In this document: piece after piece, positions 49,975-62,500 of the stretch
Layout: every line of letters begins with the position of its first letter
Position numbering within the stretch: the first letter of the stretch is position 1
From: Felis catus
Taxonomy: Eukaryota
Length of the DNA stretch: 64,000 nucleotides
Direction: 5' to 3'
Assembly (NCBI RefSeq): GCF_018350175.1
Contig: NC_058373.1
Span: 103,170,001-103,234,000, forward strand
Translations under genes and position numbers: made by a program
Notes under the pieces: model-generated
The model's input: the letters and a program-made list of their open reading frames with translations, nothing else
The model's database searches: none
What the model was told of the DNA's origin: nothing

Positions 49975-50407
49975 GTTAAAGTTTCCCGTGGCTATCAGGA
50001 CGAATTCCCACCAACATGGTGGCTTAAGGGGGCAGAATTTATTCTCCCATTCTGGAGGCCTCAAGTCTGGAGTCATGGTGCAGGCAAGGCCATACTGCCT
50101 CCAGGAGCCCAGGGGGTGGGGGTGGGCGGCAGGATCTTTCCTTACTTCTTCCTGCTTCCTGGAGGCTCCAGGCATTCCTTGGTTTGTGAGGGTCTAGCCC
50201 CAGTCTCTGCCTTCATGTTCCCATGGTCCTCTCTGTCTCTTCCCCTGTGTGTCTCTTTATGAAAATGCTTGTTCTTGGGTTTAGGGCCCTCCAGTGACCT
50301 AGGATGATTTCATCTCCAGGGCTTTAACTGCATCTGCAAAGACCCTTTTTTCAAAGGTCTGGGACATGGTCCCATTGACTTGGAGGCCACTATGTGACCC
50401 ACTCCAC
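49975..50407 (-). mobile_element. MaLR solo LTR (MLT1C-like)
   Basis: ggtggcttaa...cagaatttattctcccattctggaggcc...ccaggcattccttggtttgtg...ggatgatttcatctc...catctgcaaagaccctttt. Confidence 0.8.
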
Positions 50408-50768
50408 TTCCCATATGGGTAGGCTTCTTCTGCCGTCTGGTCGTCTTGAGTCCAGTCTGGCTGTCCATCCTGCGCTGTGCTGTCCTAGCGATGACTTTAT
50501 ATCCAATTGTGTTAGTCCTTTGCTTAATCTTACCAGCTCCCCATTCCCCTTAGGGTAAAAAGCCATGCCCCTTATGGAGTGCCAGGCTGTTGTGTAACCT
50601 GGCCCCTGCCTTTTACCTGCCCCCCCCCCACCGCCGCCCCACTACTCCTCTTCCCTTGAACTCTTTGCTTTCACAGTAATGAACTGCCTATACTCCTTGT
50701 CCTTGTATATAGTATTGCCCCACCTTCCCCCTGTAGTGTTGTTCACATTTCAAGGCCTTTCAAGCATT

Positions 50769-50988
50769 GGGGCTCCTGTGTGGCTCAGTCAGTTAAGTGT
50801 CTGACTCTTGGTTTCAGCTCAGGTCATGCTCTCATGGCTTGTGGGTTCGAGCCCCGCATTGGGTGCTGTGCTGACAGTACAGAGCCTGCTTGGGATTCTC
50901 TCTCTCTCCCTCTCTCTCTTCCCTGCCCCTCTTCCCACTCATGTTCTTTCTCTCTCAAAAGAAATAAAATAAATTTTAACAAACAAAA
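50769..50988 (+). mobile_element. Can-SINE within L2-like sequence
   Basis: Degenerate TSD aaggcctttcaagcattg / aaggcccttccagcattg. Confidence 0.92.
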
Positions 50989-52787
50989 AAGGCCCTTCCA
51001 GCATTGTATCCTCCATGCAACTTTCCCTCATGCCTCTTCCCACGTGCTTTGTGCCCTAGTGCATCTTGTTGTTTACATACCTTATCACACTTGTTTTTAT
51101 GCCTTTCTTTGCTTTTAAGTGGAGAGATCTGAAGACAAGGAAACTGATACTCATCACTGTAGCTCTAGTCATTCATTTGGTCATTCATTCAGTATTCATA
51201 ATGCCATGTAGCTTAACCTAATTAGAAACTTGTCTCATTGGGACCCTATTTCCAATAGGAAATCCCTCCGATTTCCGGTAGGATTTGTTACTGAGCATGG
51301 TCTAGATGGATTGAGTAAGTAGGTAACCTGTGTGTAGGCTGGCTTACTATTTGCTTAACCTGCAGGTATCATGCTTGGGCAACGTAAACATTTCTGCGTA
51401 TGGTAAGATGACACGTCTGGTTTTTGTGGGTTTATCCTCCCCTTTATGGTAGATAGGACTTTGGGGTTGTAGGTAGCAGAAACCAACCTGAGTTAGCCGA
51501 AACTAGAAAGAATTTCGTGAACAAGGGTCAGCGTGCATCTGGGTCACTAGAAGCCCTAAGGATCCTCTCTCTATCTCTTGTTGCTTGTCTCTGTTCATCT
51601 GCTTCATTCCTCACTTCTCTGCTGCTTCATCATGTGACACATTGTGACATCCCCACAGTTTGTGCACTTTGATTTTGCAGCCTTGGACTTCTGCAGAGAC
51701 TGGCTGGGTGTGTCTCAGGGTCAGTGTTGTGTTTTCTGGGATGAGAAGGTCATTGTCAATGTGGGCCAGCTGTCCACCTCCAGCCATTCAGCGACAGTGT
51801 GGTGGGGAGGGTGCCGGCCTGGCCATTTCACTCACGCGTGGTGCTCGGGCTCACCTTAGGGAGTTAAGGGATGGATGCCTGAGGAGGGAGTGTGGTGATG
51901 AGTGGATCCCCGAGAAGCATCTGACATGCTCTTGCTAGGTTTAGTGTGCACTTAAAAGATGCAGTAGAGAGCTGGGGAGACTCGACGGGGCCCGGGAAAT
52001 CCTGCCAGATCCTGTACCATTTGCCTTGAGGCTTCAGTGGTGAAAATGTTCCTCTAAGTTGTTGAGGGCCCTAGTAGCTTTAATTGATTTCCACATGTTT
52101 CTCTTAGTACAAAATATTCATCTTGATTTAAGTGATTGGGAAATATGTTAAAGCAAAGTGGGTTTATAATGGTGGTTTTCTTATGGGTACATTCATTAAA
52201 GTAGCAATCACAAACACGTGTAAGAAAACAATGTATGTTTTGATCTTGCCTCAGAAAAAGGAGACTGGAAATAAATCATCTCTGTATTCTAGAGACACTT
52301 TTATGTAGCGCGTGTTTCTTTGTGATGGAAATGGGAACAGATTAAAAACACAGCAGGAATAACTTCGAGTGATAATTTAAATCCATCCTCAAACTGTAGC
52401 TACCAAATTGTAACAAAAAAACCCCTTTGTTCCAACTCTTACTGTTAGTGAGCCTGATGTCCCCTTTGCCATACTGGCCACCAGGTACTTCTGGGTGGGG
52501 CTCAACAGAGACAGAGGGTAAGACTTGGAGGAGAGGAATGAGCCACTAGATGTGCTATCCCTGACTTTGGTGTTCTGAAGGAGCTGTCCTATATACGTAA
52601 AACTCAAAAGATTCCCTTCCCTTCTTTCTATTCTCTTCTTTAAAGAAACTTCTCCAGAGAAGGAGATGGAGAATAGTCATGTCAGTGTGGCAACATGAGA
52701 CCTTGGTCAGAACTTACAGAGACCTATTAATCAAGTTAGAAGTACAACTGAAAGCAGAATCACTAACTGCAGTCCTGCATTTCTTTT

Positions 52788-52980
52788 TTTTTTTTTAAGT
52801 TTGTTTATTTTGAGAGAGACAGAACGTGAGTCAGGGAGAGGGAGAGAGAGAATCCCAAGCAGGCTCTGTGCTGTCAGCACGGAGCCCTATTTGGGGCTCT
52901 GTCCCATGAACCATGAGATCATGACCTGAGCTAAAACCAAAAGGTGGACGCTTAACTGACTGAGCCTCCCAGGTGCCCCC
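52788..52980 (-). mobile_element. Can-SINE (older subfamily)
   Basis: TSD tgcatttctttt on both sides; the body ends cccaggtgccccc. Confidence 0.92.
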
Positions 52981-53735
52981 TGCATTTCTTTTAAACACTG
53001 GTATTAACTTCAGGTATTAACGTGGGAGAGCTACATTAAGAACATTGTTTTCCAGATGACTTTTTAAGTTATTTGACAGTTTGGACTAAAACTCCTTTTT
53101 TTTTTTTTTTTTTTTTTTTAAATTTCTGGGCCTCTTTACGGGCAACCCTCTTGTGACAAACATAAAATAGGATTTCACAAGTATTTTTGCCTACCTGACC
53201 GTATACGGTTCGAATAGCAATGGGAATGAATGTAGAGAATTCAGAACTCTTAAGACTGCAAGTAACTAAATTTGGTCTTCTTACAAATAAAGATCCTAAA
53301 GACATTAACATGATTTGGGAGTGAGAGATGAGGTTTAATTAGTATGCTATTTTCTAACTAGTTCATTTAAAAATATTTCTTGAGTGTTTCTCTGGGGTCC
53401 ATTAGAACAACACTTGCTAAATTGAGCCAGCTCTAATACAGCCTCTGCAGAATTCTCATTTGCTTATTTATACTGTCTCTTTCCAAAAAGATTTGAAGAG
53501 TCTGACTTTATAGAATAGGAAACCTATAATTACTTTGTACATCACCCTTAAATTAAGTTTCTGGAAGTGATTTGAATTTCATTACAGCTGAAGTCTGTTT
53601 TACAGCCCGTTCCTTCTATGGGGTGTTTAGTGGGCAGCCTTTTATGACCATCCCTGTCTCTCCCCTTTTTCCATCCTTTATTCTTAAAACTTTAAAAACC
53701 TACAAGTAAATGAACTCTTTCATCTTTGTTTATAG

Positions 53736-53865
53736 GTACAATGGTGCTTTACCTAATGGAGACCGCGGCCGGAGGAAAAGCAGATTTGCTCTCTATAAGC
53801 GGCCAAAGGCTAATGGAGTCAAACCCAGCACGGTCCATGTGATATCCACGCCACAAGCGTCCAAG
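53736..53865 (+). CDS. PELI2: Internal coding exon (second coding exon) of E3 ubiquitin-protein ligase pellino homolog 2
   Basis: Pyrimidine-rich acceptor ctctttcatctttgtttatAG ends at 53735 and donor AAG|gtaggc starts at 53866. The 130 nt are 1 nt plus 43 codons: YNGALPNGDRGRRKSRFALYKRPKANGVKPSTVHVISTPQASK. This matches the pellino N-terminal region as I recall it, with PELI2-type residues (NGAL, ALYK, VISTPQASK) rather than PELI1 (NGSL, ALFK, IACTPQAAK). Confidence 0.96.
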
Positions 53866-53966
53866 GTAGGCGGTTCCTACAGAATTGGGAAGGCCTTCGC
53901 AGATGGTGACTTTTGGTACTTCTTGTCGTCACTGCTCTTTGCTCTCAGTCTCTTTTCTCTGTGGGG

Positions 53967-54191
53967 CAGTTTCTCAGTCATTTAGGCCAGATAATTCTTT
54001 GTGGTTAAGGGCTGTCCTATATATTATATGTTTAGCCACATCCCTGGCTTTGACCCACTGGATGCCAGTAGCACATCCCCACTCCCATCCCCTGTTAGGA
54101 CAACCAAACAGGTCTCCAGACATTGCCACATGTCCCCTGAGTGGTGAGGTGGGCAGACCCTCCCATCCCGCTACCCCCTGATGGATCACTG
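53967..54191. mobile_element. MER20-like hAT-Charlie MITE, about 100 bp downstream of the exon donor
   Basis: ggccagataattctttgtgg...gggctgtcct...catccctggc...cccactggatgccagtagcac...tctccagacattgccacatgtcccctg. Confidence 0.85.
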
Positions 54192-55158
54192 CTTGGGATA
54201 CAGTGGAACCAACATACGTCACTTTAGAATAGTTGTATTGAAAGACAAATGATGTTCCTTAACTTAGTTTTTGTGTTAAGTCTTCGTGAACCTCACTAAG
54301 ATTTGTCATGTTCCTATTTATTGAGCACTAGCTGTTTTTATACAGTCTACATGTACCTGGAATTTGGGTCATTATTAGAAAGATTGGAAGTAAACAGAGC
54401 TAAGTGCCATAGGACGTTTACTATATCTCTTCTCATAGCTTTGAAGTCTATAAAATGTTAATTTTTCTATGATTTTCTGATCTATAAATGGGGAGAAACC
54501 TGAGTTTCCATTCTGGGTAATATATTCTACTTGTTTAGATAGGACAGTTTTTTCTTTTAATTCAATTATTTAATGTGTAATATAGTTTCTTTTTCTAGCA
54601 AAATTGGATTTACCTGAAATTTCTATATGGTGCATTGGCTAATACATATTTATCATAATGGGTTTGGATCATCTGGAATAAATACAACTTGATTGCCATT
54701 TTTACTGAAAACCCGTGGGTCAGAGAGAATCAAAGCTTCGTGGAAGTACGTGTGGTTTTGATACTCAGTCTTAGAAACAGATGACCTTTGTTAATGTTTT
54801 TTATTAAAAGACCTCCTGTTGCTGAAGGAGTTTCTGAAGCAGTGCCATGAAAAAAGTTTGCTAGAATGTACCAGTTAAGATTGTCTTGTATTAATGAGGG
54901 AATGGCTAAATCTGAAAATATGAAACAACTAGGAAAACAGGAAAGATAACTATTTAGCAGCCAAACTTGGCTAGAGAAGGGGAAATAAAGTAAGTTTTAT
55001 GAAGGAAAGGACACTTGATAAGGAAAACCAAAGAAGTCAGATTTACAAAGATGCTGAGAAAAGGAGGAAGTGAAATAACAGAATCTTGGAAGGCTAATGA
55101 GTATGAGAAGTATTTTATAGTGCAAAAATATTTGGAGGATACCAAGACCAAAGTTTTT

Positions 55159-55401
55159 TTTCTAACTCACTTGTTTACATTCAAATTAGTTAACATACAG
55201 TATAGTATTGGTTTCAGGAGTAGATTCAGTGATTCATCCCTTAGGTACAGTACCCAGTGCTCATCACAAGTGCCCTCCTTACTGCCCATTTAGGCCCATC
55301 CCCCTGTTTACCTCCCCTCCAGCAACCCTCAGTTTGTTCTCTGTGTTTCAGAGGAAAATAATATAAAAACAGGGAGGGAGGCAAACCATAAGACACTGTT
55401 A
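55159..55401 (-). mobile_element. Short carnivore L1 3'UTR insertion with an inverted 5' segment
   Basis: 55159-55353 is the L1 3' end on -, and 55354-55403 is the adjacent upstream 3'UTR on +. TSD aagaccaaagttttt / aagacaagagttttt (13/15). Confidence 0.85.
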
Positions 55402-55583
55402 AAGACAAGAGTTTTTAAGCCAAAAAAGTTCTGATATTATAGACCTGGTCCTTCCATTTGTCTGTGTGTTGATCTTCCTCTAGCTCAGTAACTTTACTTT
55501 CCTTAATCTTAGATTTTATATTGATACCATGGATTTACATATTTAAGAAAATGTATAGAAATCTTTGATTACTCAGGCTTCAT

Positions 55584-55793
55584 TTTTAAAATTTGTTTGT
55601 TATTTATTTTAGAGACGGAGACAGAGTGCGAATGGGGGAGGGGCAGAGAGAGAGGGAGACACAGAATCTGAAACAGGCTCCAGGCTCTGAGCTGTCAGCA
55701 CAGAGCCCAATGCGGGGCTCGAACCCATGAACCATGAGATCATGACCTGAGCCAAAGTTGGACGCTTAACCGACTGAGCCACCCAGGCGCCAC
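55584..55793 (-). mobile_element. Can-SINE
   Basis: TSD ctcaggcttcat at 55572-55583 and 55794-55805. Confidence 0.95.
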
Positions 55794-56792
55794 CTCAGGC
55801 TTCATGTTATGATAGAATATGAAATATGGCTGGAACATGAAATAGATCTTCCAGTAGCTACTATCGGAAGATCAGTGGCTTTTTCTTTATTCACTACCTA
55901 CCTCCATGTGCTCCAGTTTAACTTTTCATAAAGGTTTTACTTTTTATAACGGAATCTTACCCGAAGTGATTTAAATTCTGAATCTTTTGATAGTTGTCTG
56001 TCTCAATCTGTGTTTATGGTCTACATTACTAGTAGTAAGAGGAAATTGGAACTTTGTCTTGTAACCTGGGAAAATCATACATTCTCACAACCTCTGTTTC
56101 CTCATATATAAAATGAATGAATTGGCTATAGGCAGGAGCCATGCTGAATCAGACAAGATACTTCTGTTATAAGCAACAAATGATTGTGGCTTAAAAAAAA
56201 AAAAAACAAAACTGGAGAAATTATTAAAGCTTAGGATAGGAACAGCTCTGCTGAGTATGAACAAGAGTTAATGTGGGTCTTGTTTAACGGGGGTTGTAAA
56301 GTGACTTGTCTCCAGCTACCTTCTGTCTCTTTTAGAGGTTTTTAATTGTCAGGAAAGGGAATCTGAGAGGCCTGGCCAGGGTCAGTCAGCTATGACTAAG
56401 GGAGATGAGTAGATCAGACACACTGAGCTGATCACCTAGCCCTTACTGCCTTCCGCTTATGCATGTTACTCATCCTGGTGTCTGTACAGTGAGGGCCTCA
56501 TGCACGGTATTCCGCCCTACCTGAGCCTGGCACCTTGCTCACAAATTCCTCACTCCTGTTCCCTCTCAAACTCTCACTTCTGGTCAGCTGTGCTTTCCTC
56601 TCCTCCCACATGCTCTGTTGACCCCTAGACAAAGTCTCTTACATATTTAACCTTTGCTTCAAATGTTTCTCCTCCTGCCTCACCTTAACTGAATGCTGTT
56701 TTTTCACAGGTATGGTCTTTTTCCTTTCTTCCATCTCTCCAAGTTTATTGGACTTAAAATGATTTCCTTCTGTTTCCATTTCAGTGTGTTCT

Positions 56793-57001
56793 TTTTTTTT
56801 TTTTTTTTAATGTTTACTTATTTTTGACAGACAGAGCACAAGTGGGGGATGGGCAGAGAGGGAAGGAGACACAGAATCCAAAGCAGGCTCCAGGCTCCGA
56901 GCTGTCAGCCCAGAGCCCGATGCGGGGCTTGAACTCAGACTGCGAGATCATGACCTGAGCTGAAGTTGGACGCTCAACAGACTGACCCACCCAGGCGCCC
57001 C
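56793..57001 (-). mobile_element. Can-SINE
   Basis: Poly(T), full body ending cccaggcgcccc, and TSD agtgtgttc / agtctgttc. Confidence 0.94.
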
Positions 57002-57989
57002 TAGTCTGTTCCTTAAGTCTACTTTGATGTAAGCTGCTGATTACCCTGCTTCTCCTGACCTCCCTGACCTGCAGTCCACTCTTCTGCATATTCCATTGAC
57101 TTAGTACCTAGTCCCATCTGTTTCTCCCCGACCTTTGCTAAACCGTGCATTGGCCTCCAAGGGTCATAATATTTTACCTCTTCCAATTTGACCATCACTT
57201 GCACTTTTCCCACTGATATGGTGCACTTTGTAGTCCATTGTCACTTGAAGGTGACCATACCCTCCAGTTCATTCTACCTGTGAATAAATAGGCTTTCTTA
57301 CCTGATCTCAAGACCTCTAGCCCTTTAGCCTGTCCTTATTCTTGTCATGGTTGTTGGTCTGCTTGGCGTTTCCAGTTATGTGTCAACTTTACCCTGGATT
57401 TCCTTTCTCAGGTATCTGCCGGTTACCCCTCCTGGTGAGTCCTTGCCTCTGGGCCCTTCCCAGGCCCTCCTGTATTGCGTTTTCTTCCCTCTTGCTCACC
57501 CCGTTTCCTGTCAGAATGCCAGGGTCTGTGGTAAACTTGACAAAAGCTGTTTGACCTGAATCAGCAGTGGTTCATCTGCCCTGAAATTTGATTGTGCAAT
57601 ACTGGCAGTGAAAGGGTCATCTTTGATTGGAGCTGTAAACAGGAGATGTTAAAGGGTAGTTGTGGTTACCATTGTTAGTCAAGAGGCCAAGTGCTCACAT
57701 TCCATGTTGTTTCTTCCTTCTGCCCCACAGCCCAGTGGCGTATCAGGATGTACCCTTTTGTTGATGGTAGTGGCTGCTGGAGAATGGGGTCTCCGTCTTC
57801 CATGCATGCCACAGTCCAAGCAAAGTCAGATCAGGGCGGTAAATATGTGCTACTGTTGTGTAATCTCTGTGTAATCTCTATTTGTGTGCGTATTTGCTCT
57901 TGAAATAGTAATACTCCAAGATACTTCACCTAATATATAATGTGTTCAAAGAAAACCGAAAGTCTTGTTTTGCTTTTGGCATTTAGCAA

Positions 57990-58620
57990 TTTATTCACTG
58001 TTCATTTATTCAAAAAATATTTATCTAGCACTTTTCTATGGCCAGGCATCATGCTAGGTATTGGATATACTGCAGTGTGCAAACCTTGTCTGCATGAAGT
58101 TCATTGTCTAGTGAGGAGGCAGACACTAAGGTCTCATGTGAATACATGCTAACTGCATGTTGTGGGAAGTGCAGTGCAGGAAAAGACGATGGAGCTGTGA
58201 GGACAGCGGGCGGGGGCGGGGGGCAAGAGCTTGGATTGGGTAGACAGGGAAGGGCCTCTGAGGGCATGGCACCTGAGCTTGGTGGTGAGGGGTTAGGAGG
58301 AGTTAGCCAGGAGAGCAGAGAGATCTGGAGCAGAGATTTGGGTTTTTTTGTTAAAGGAAACATTGAGGGGTGCCTGGGTGACTCAGTTGGTGAAGTATCC
58401 AACTCTTGATTTTGGCTCAGGTTCTCATGATCTCAGATCTCATGGTTCGTGAGTTCTAGCACCGTGTCAAGCTCTGCACTGACCATGTGGAGCCTGCTTG
58501 GGATTCTCTGTCTCCCTCCCTCTCTGCTGCCTCTCTCTCTCAAAATAAACTTAACACCCTTCACTGTTTCCTCTTTTTTTTTTTTTTTTTTTTAAGTAGA
58601 GGACATGATATAATAGGACT
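57990..58620 (-). mobile_element. L2 3' fragment interrupted by a SINE
   Basis: ttcatttattcaaaaaatatttatctagcac...atggccaggcatcatgctaggtattgg...tctagtgaggaggcagac. Confidence 0.65.
58367..58593 (+). mobile_element. Can-SINE whose poly(A) tail and 3' TSD are inverted
   Basis: The body runs 58367-58554. It is followed by caccct, tcactgtttcct (reverse complement of the 5' TSD aggaaacattga, 11/12) and T20. Confidence 0.9.
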
Positions 58621-59579
58621 AAGAATTTAAGTCCATTTTTGTTCATTTCCTTTTAAGGTTGTGAGACAACTGTTTTGCTCTTAATTAATTGGTAAATAGG
58701 GTCGTGGTGGTGGTGACTATTTTGGTAGCAACATGGTTTAAATTTAGCAACATTACAGAGGAAAACTCTTCATCGTGGTTTTCCCTTCTAGGCTATGCTT
58801 TGTTGAAATCTCCTGTTTTGGGCATTTTTACTTCTTAAAAGTAACAGAGTATCATTTTGTTCCAGTTGGCATGTTTCAGAATGGAAAAATATCAAAGGTC
58901 TCCAAGTGACAGTGTTAAAGCAAGAAGAACTATTTCATGTGATTGTTGCGGCCAGGACTGTTCTTGGGTTGTTCACACTGCAGTGGCCCTCCTGGTTGAT
59001 GCTAACACTCTTCCGTATCCATGAATAATACAGTAGTAATATGAGAAGTGGTAATATAAAGTGCAGTGTAACTCATTCGTTCAAGCTAATTTTGTAGGCT
59101 GTAGTGGGGTCTGCTCTTGAAATCCTGTCTGTACAGCCTGGGTCTTGGTGCTGTGGGTGGCATCTCTCTGCTGTGCAATTATTAGGAAGCCGCAGACATC
59201 TGTGCCATAGGAGTCATCTGTGTATCATTATCCTCAGACTATTTAATGCAGCTTTTAACTAGTGGGTTGTTTTTTTTTTTTTTTTTTTAACTTTGTGTTC
59301 TTTCATTGTTAACGGACTATTCTTGAGTTTCGTGGCATCTGGTGTTTTGATGTTTATAAGTTCAAGAATTTCATTTTATTGTACAGGAGCAACAAGGTGT
59401 GGGTAAGTTTTATCCTTCTAGATCACATCAACATGAACATTCTGAATCTGAAAAAAAAAAAAACTAGTAATCCACCGAAGCCTAGAATATCTTTGTGTAC
59501 TATACAGGAATATAAACCTAAAATAGTTTGTACTTACAGAAGGGAATACAGCTTAATTATTTTAACAAAATATAAATAC

Positions 59580-62500
59580 AAGCAACCTGACCCTATACCT
59601 CAGTGAACTAGAAATGGAACAACCCAAATGGAACAAGCCCAAAGTCAGTAGAAGGGAAGAAATAGCAAAGATCAGAGCCAAAACAAATAGAAAAAAGACA
59701 AACGATCAACCAAACTAATAGCTAGTGTTTTGAAAAGATAAAGATAGATCTTTAGACTCCCCAAGAAATGATGACTCAAAATTAGGAAGACATTACAATT
59801 GCTACCCCAGAAATAAAAAGGATAATAAGAGATTAGCATGAACAAATATTTGCCGACAAATTGATCAACATAGGAGAAATGGATACATTCCTAGAAATAC
59901 AGCCTGAGACAGAATCGTGAAGAAATAGAAAATCTGGACAGGCCAGTTACTATTAAGGAGATTGTGGAGGGGTTTGATTGCTAATTGAAAGTAAAGACCA
60001 GATGACTTCACTGCTGAATTCTACCAAACATTTAAAGGGGACTTTATAACCATTCTTCTCAAATTCTTCCCAAAAATTGAGGGAATACTTTCAAACTCCT
60101 TTTTACAAGGCCAGCATTACCCTGATACCAAAACCAGACAAAGACACTATAAGAGAAGAAAATTACACGGCAATATCCCTGATGAACACAGATGTAAAAA
60201 TTCTCAAAATGTCAATGAATTCAGTACAGTAAAAAGATCATGCACCATGATCAAGTGGGATTTATTCCTGGGATGCAAGAATGAATGATTCAACTTTTGC
60301 AAATCAGCAAATAAACTACGTTAACAATAGGAAATTAAAGTTGCAGGATGATCTCAGAGATTAAGGGGAAAAAAACCAAAAAATCAACATCCATTTATGA
60401 CTAAAAATGTGCAACAAATTGGCTACAGAGAAATGTACCTCAACATAATAAAGGTCACATGTGGCAAGCCCACAGCTAATCTCATAGTCAACTGAAAAAC
60501 TGAAAGCTTTTCCTCTAAGGTCAGGAGTAAGACAAGGATGCCCACTCAGGATCCTTTTATTGAATATCGTACTAGAAGTCCTAGGCAGAGCAATTAGGCA
60601 AGGAAAAGAAATAGTCTCCCAAACTGGGAAGGAAGAAGTAAAATGATCTATTTGCAGATGACATTATATATACATAGAAAACCCTGAAGACTACACCAAA
60701 AACTGTTAGAACGAAGATGAATCAGTAAAGTTGCGATATATAGAATCAATATACAAAACTCAGTAACAAATGCAGGTATCAAAACAATTTCATTTACAGT
60801 TGCATCAGGAAGAAAAAATAGGAATAGGTTTAACCAAGGAGGTGAAAGATGTGTTCACTGAAAACTATAAAATGTTGATGAAAGAAATTGAAGACACAAA
60901 TGGAAAGAATAATTCTAACCCATGAGCATAAACTAATATTGATGACCATACTAGCCAAAGCAGTACTATCAGAATTCCAACAGTAATTTTCAGAGAAGTA
61001 GAATAAACAATTTGTATGGAACCACACAAGACCCTGAATAGCCAAGGCAATCTTGAGGAGGAAGAACAAAGCTGGAGATATGCTTCCTGATTTCAAACCA
61101 TATCACAAACCTTATAGTGATCAAAACAGGATGGTATTGCCATAAAAACATACATGTAGGTCAATGGAACAGAATAGAGAGTCCAGAAATAAACCTACAC
61201 GTATATGGTCTATTTGTGACAAAGGAGCCAAGAGTAATTAAAGGGGGAAAGCTGGTCTTTTCAATAAAATGTTTTGGAAAAACTGGACAGCCACATGCGA
61301 AAGAATGAAACTGGTCCCCTATCATATATCATACACAAAAATCAACTCAAAGTGGATTAAAGGCTTGAGTATAAGACTTAAAACCATAAAATCCTAGAGT
61401 CAAATATAGGGAATAAGCTCCTTGACTTAGGTCTTGGCGACTTTGACACTAAAAGCAAAGGCAACAAAAGCAAAAATAAATGAGTGGCACTACACTATGC
61501 TAAAAGCCTCTGCACAGCAAAGGAAATGGTCAACAAAATGGAGAAGCAATCTCAAGAGTAGGAGAAAATATTTACAAATCCTGTATCTGATAAGGACTTA
61601 ATATCCAAAGTCTAACATCCAAAGGAACTCCTACAACTTGATAACAAAACAGTCTGATTAAAAAAAATGGGCACAGCATTTGAATAGACCTTTTTTCAGA
61701 GGAGACCTCCAGATGGCCAACAGCCACATGAAATGGTGCTCAAGGACACTAATGATCAAGGAAATGCAAATCAAAACCACAATGAAACATCACCTTATGC
61801 CTGTTAAAATGGATATCATAAAGATGAGAGGTAAGTGTTGGTGAAGATGTGAAGAAAAGGGAACCCTCACACACTGGGAATGTAAATTCCCCCATTGGTG
61901 GGAATGTAGATTGGTGTAGCCACTGTGGAAAACAATATGGAAGTTTCTCATGTTAAAAATAGAATTACCATATGATCCAGCAATTCCACTTCTGGGTGTA
62001 TATCCAAAGGAAACAAAAACAGCGTTTCCAAGAGATACCTGCACCCTCGTGTTCATTGCAGCACTACTCACAATAGCCCAAATATGGGATCAGCCTAAGT
62101 GCCTGTCAGCAGTTCGAGTGGTTTATAAAGATAAGGTACACAGTTGACCCTTGAACAACATGGCTGTTAGGAGTACTAACCACCCCCACCACCACCAACA
62201 CAGTTGAAAACCTTCATAGAACTTTTCACTCCTCCTAAATACTGATCGCCTACTGTTGACTGGAAGTCGTACTGATAACATAAATAGTCAATTAACAGCT
62301 AGGTTGTACGTTATATGTATTATATGCTGTATTCTTAAAAGTAAACTGGAGAAAAGAAAAGGTTAAGAAAATCCTAAGGAAGAGAAACTACATATACAGG
62401 ACTTTACCATATGAAAAAGAGTCTCTGTAAGTGGAACCTCACAGTTCAAACCTGTGTTGAAGGCCCAGCTGTATATGTATATACAATGTAATATCATTCA

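Larger units (their letters stand above)
1..53735 (+). other. PELI2: Intron upstream of the PELI2 exon (probably intron 1; the first exon lies outside the window)
   Basis: The expected N-terminal peptide (MFSPGQEEH...YGELVVLG) is not in the ORF track, no CpG island is seen, and the sequence is repeat-rich up to the acceptor. Confidence 0.8.

Noticed and set aside
51430..51900. Possible very old MLT1J/K-like LTR fragments (also about 56150-56420)
   Set aside because: The resemblance is too weak to set boundaries or family without a profile search.
53710..53985. 91-aa ORF as a stand-alone gene
   Set aside because: Only 53736-53865 matches pellino. The flanking residues (MNSFIFVYR and VGGSYRIG...) are intron read-through beyond the AG and GT splice sites.
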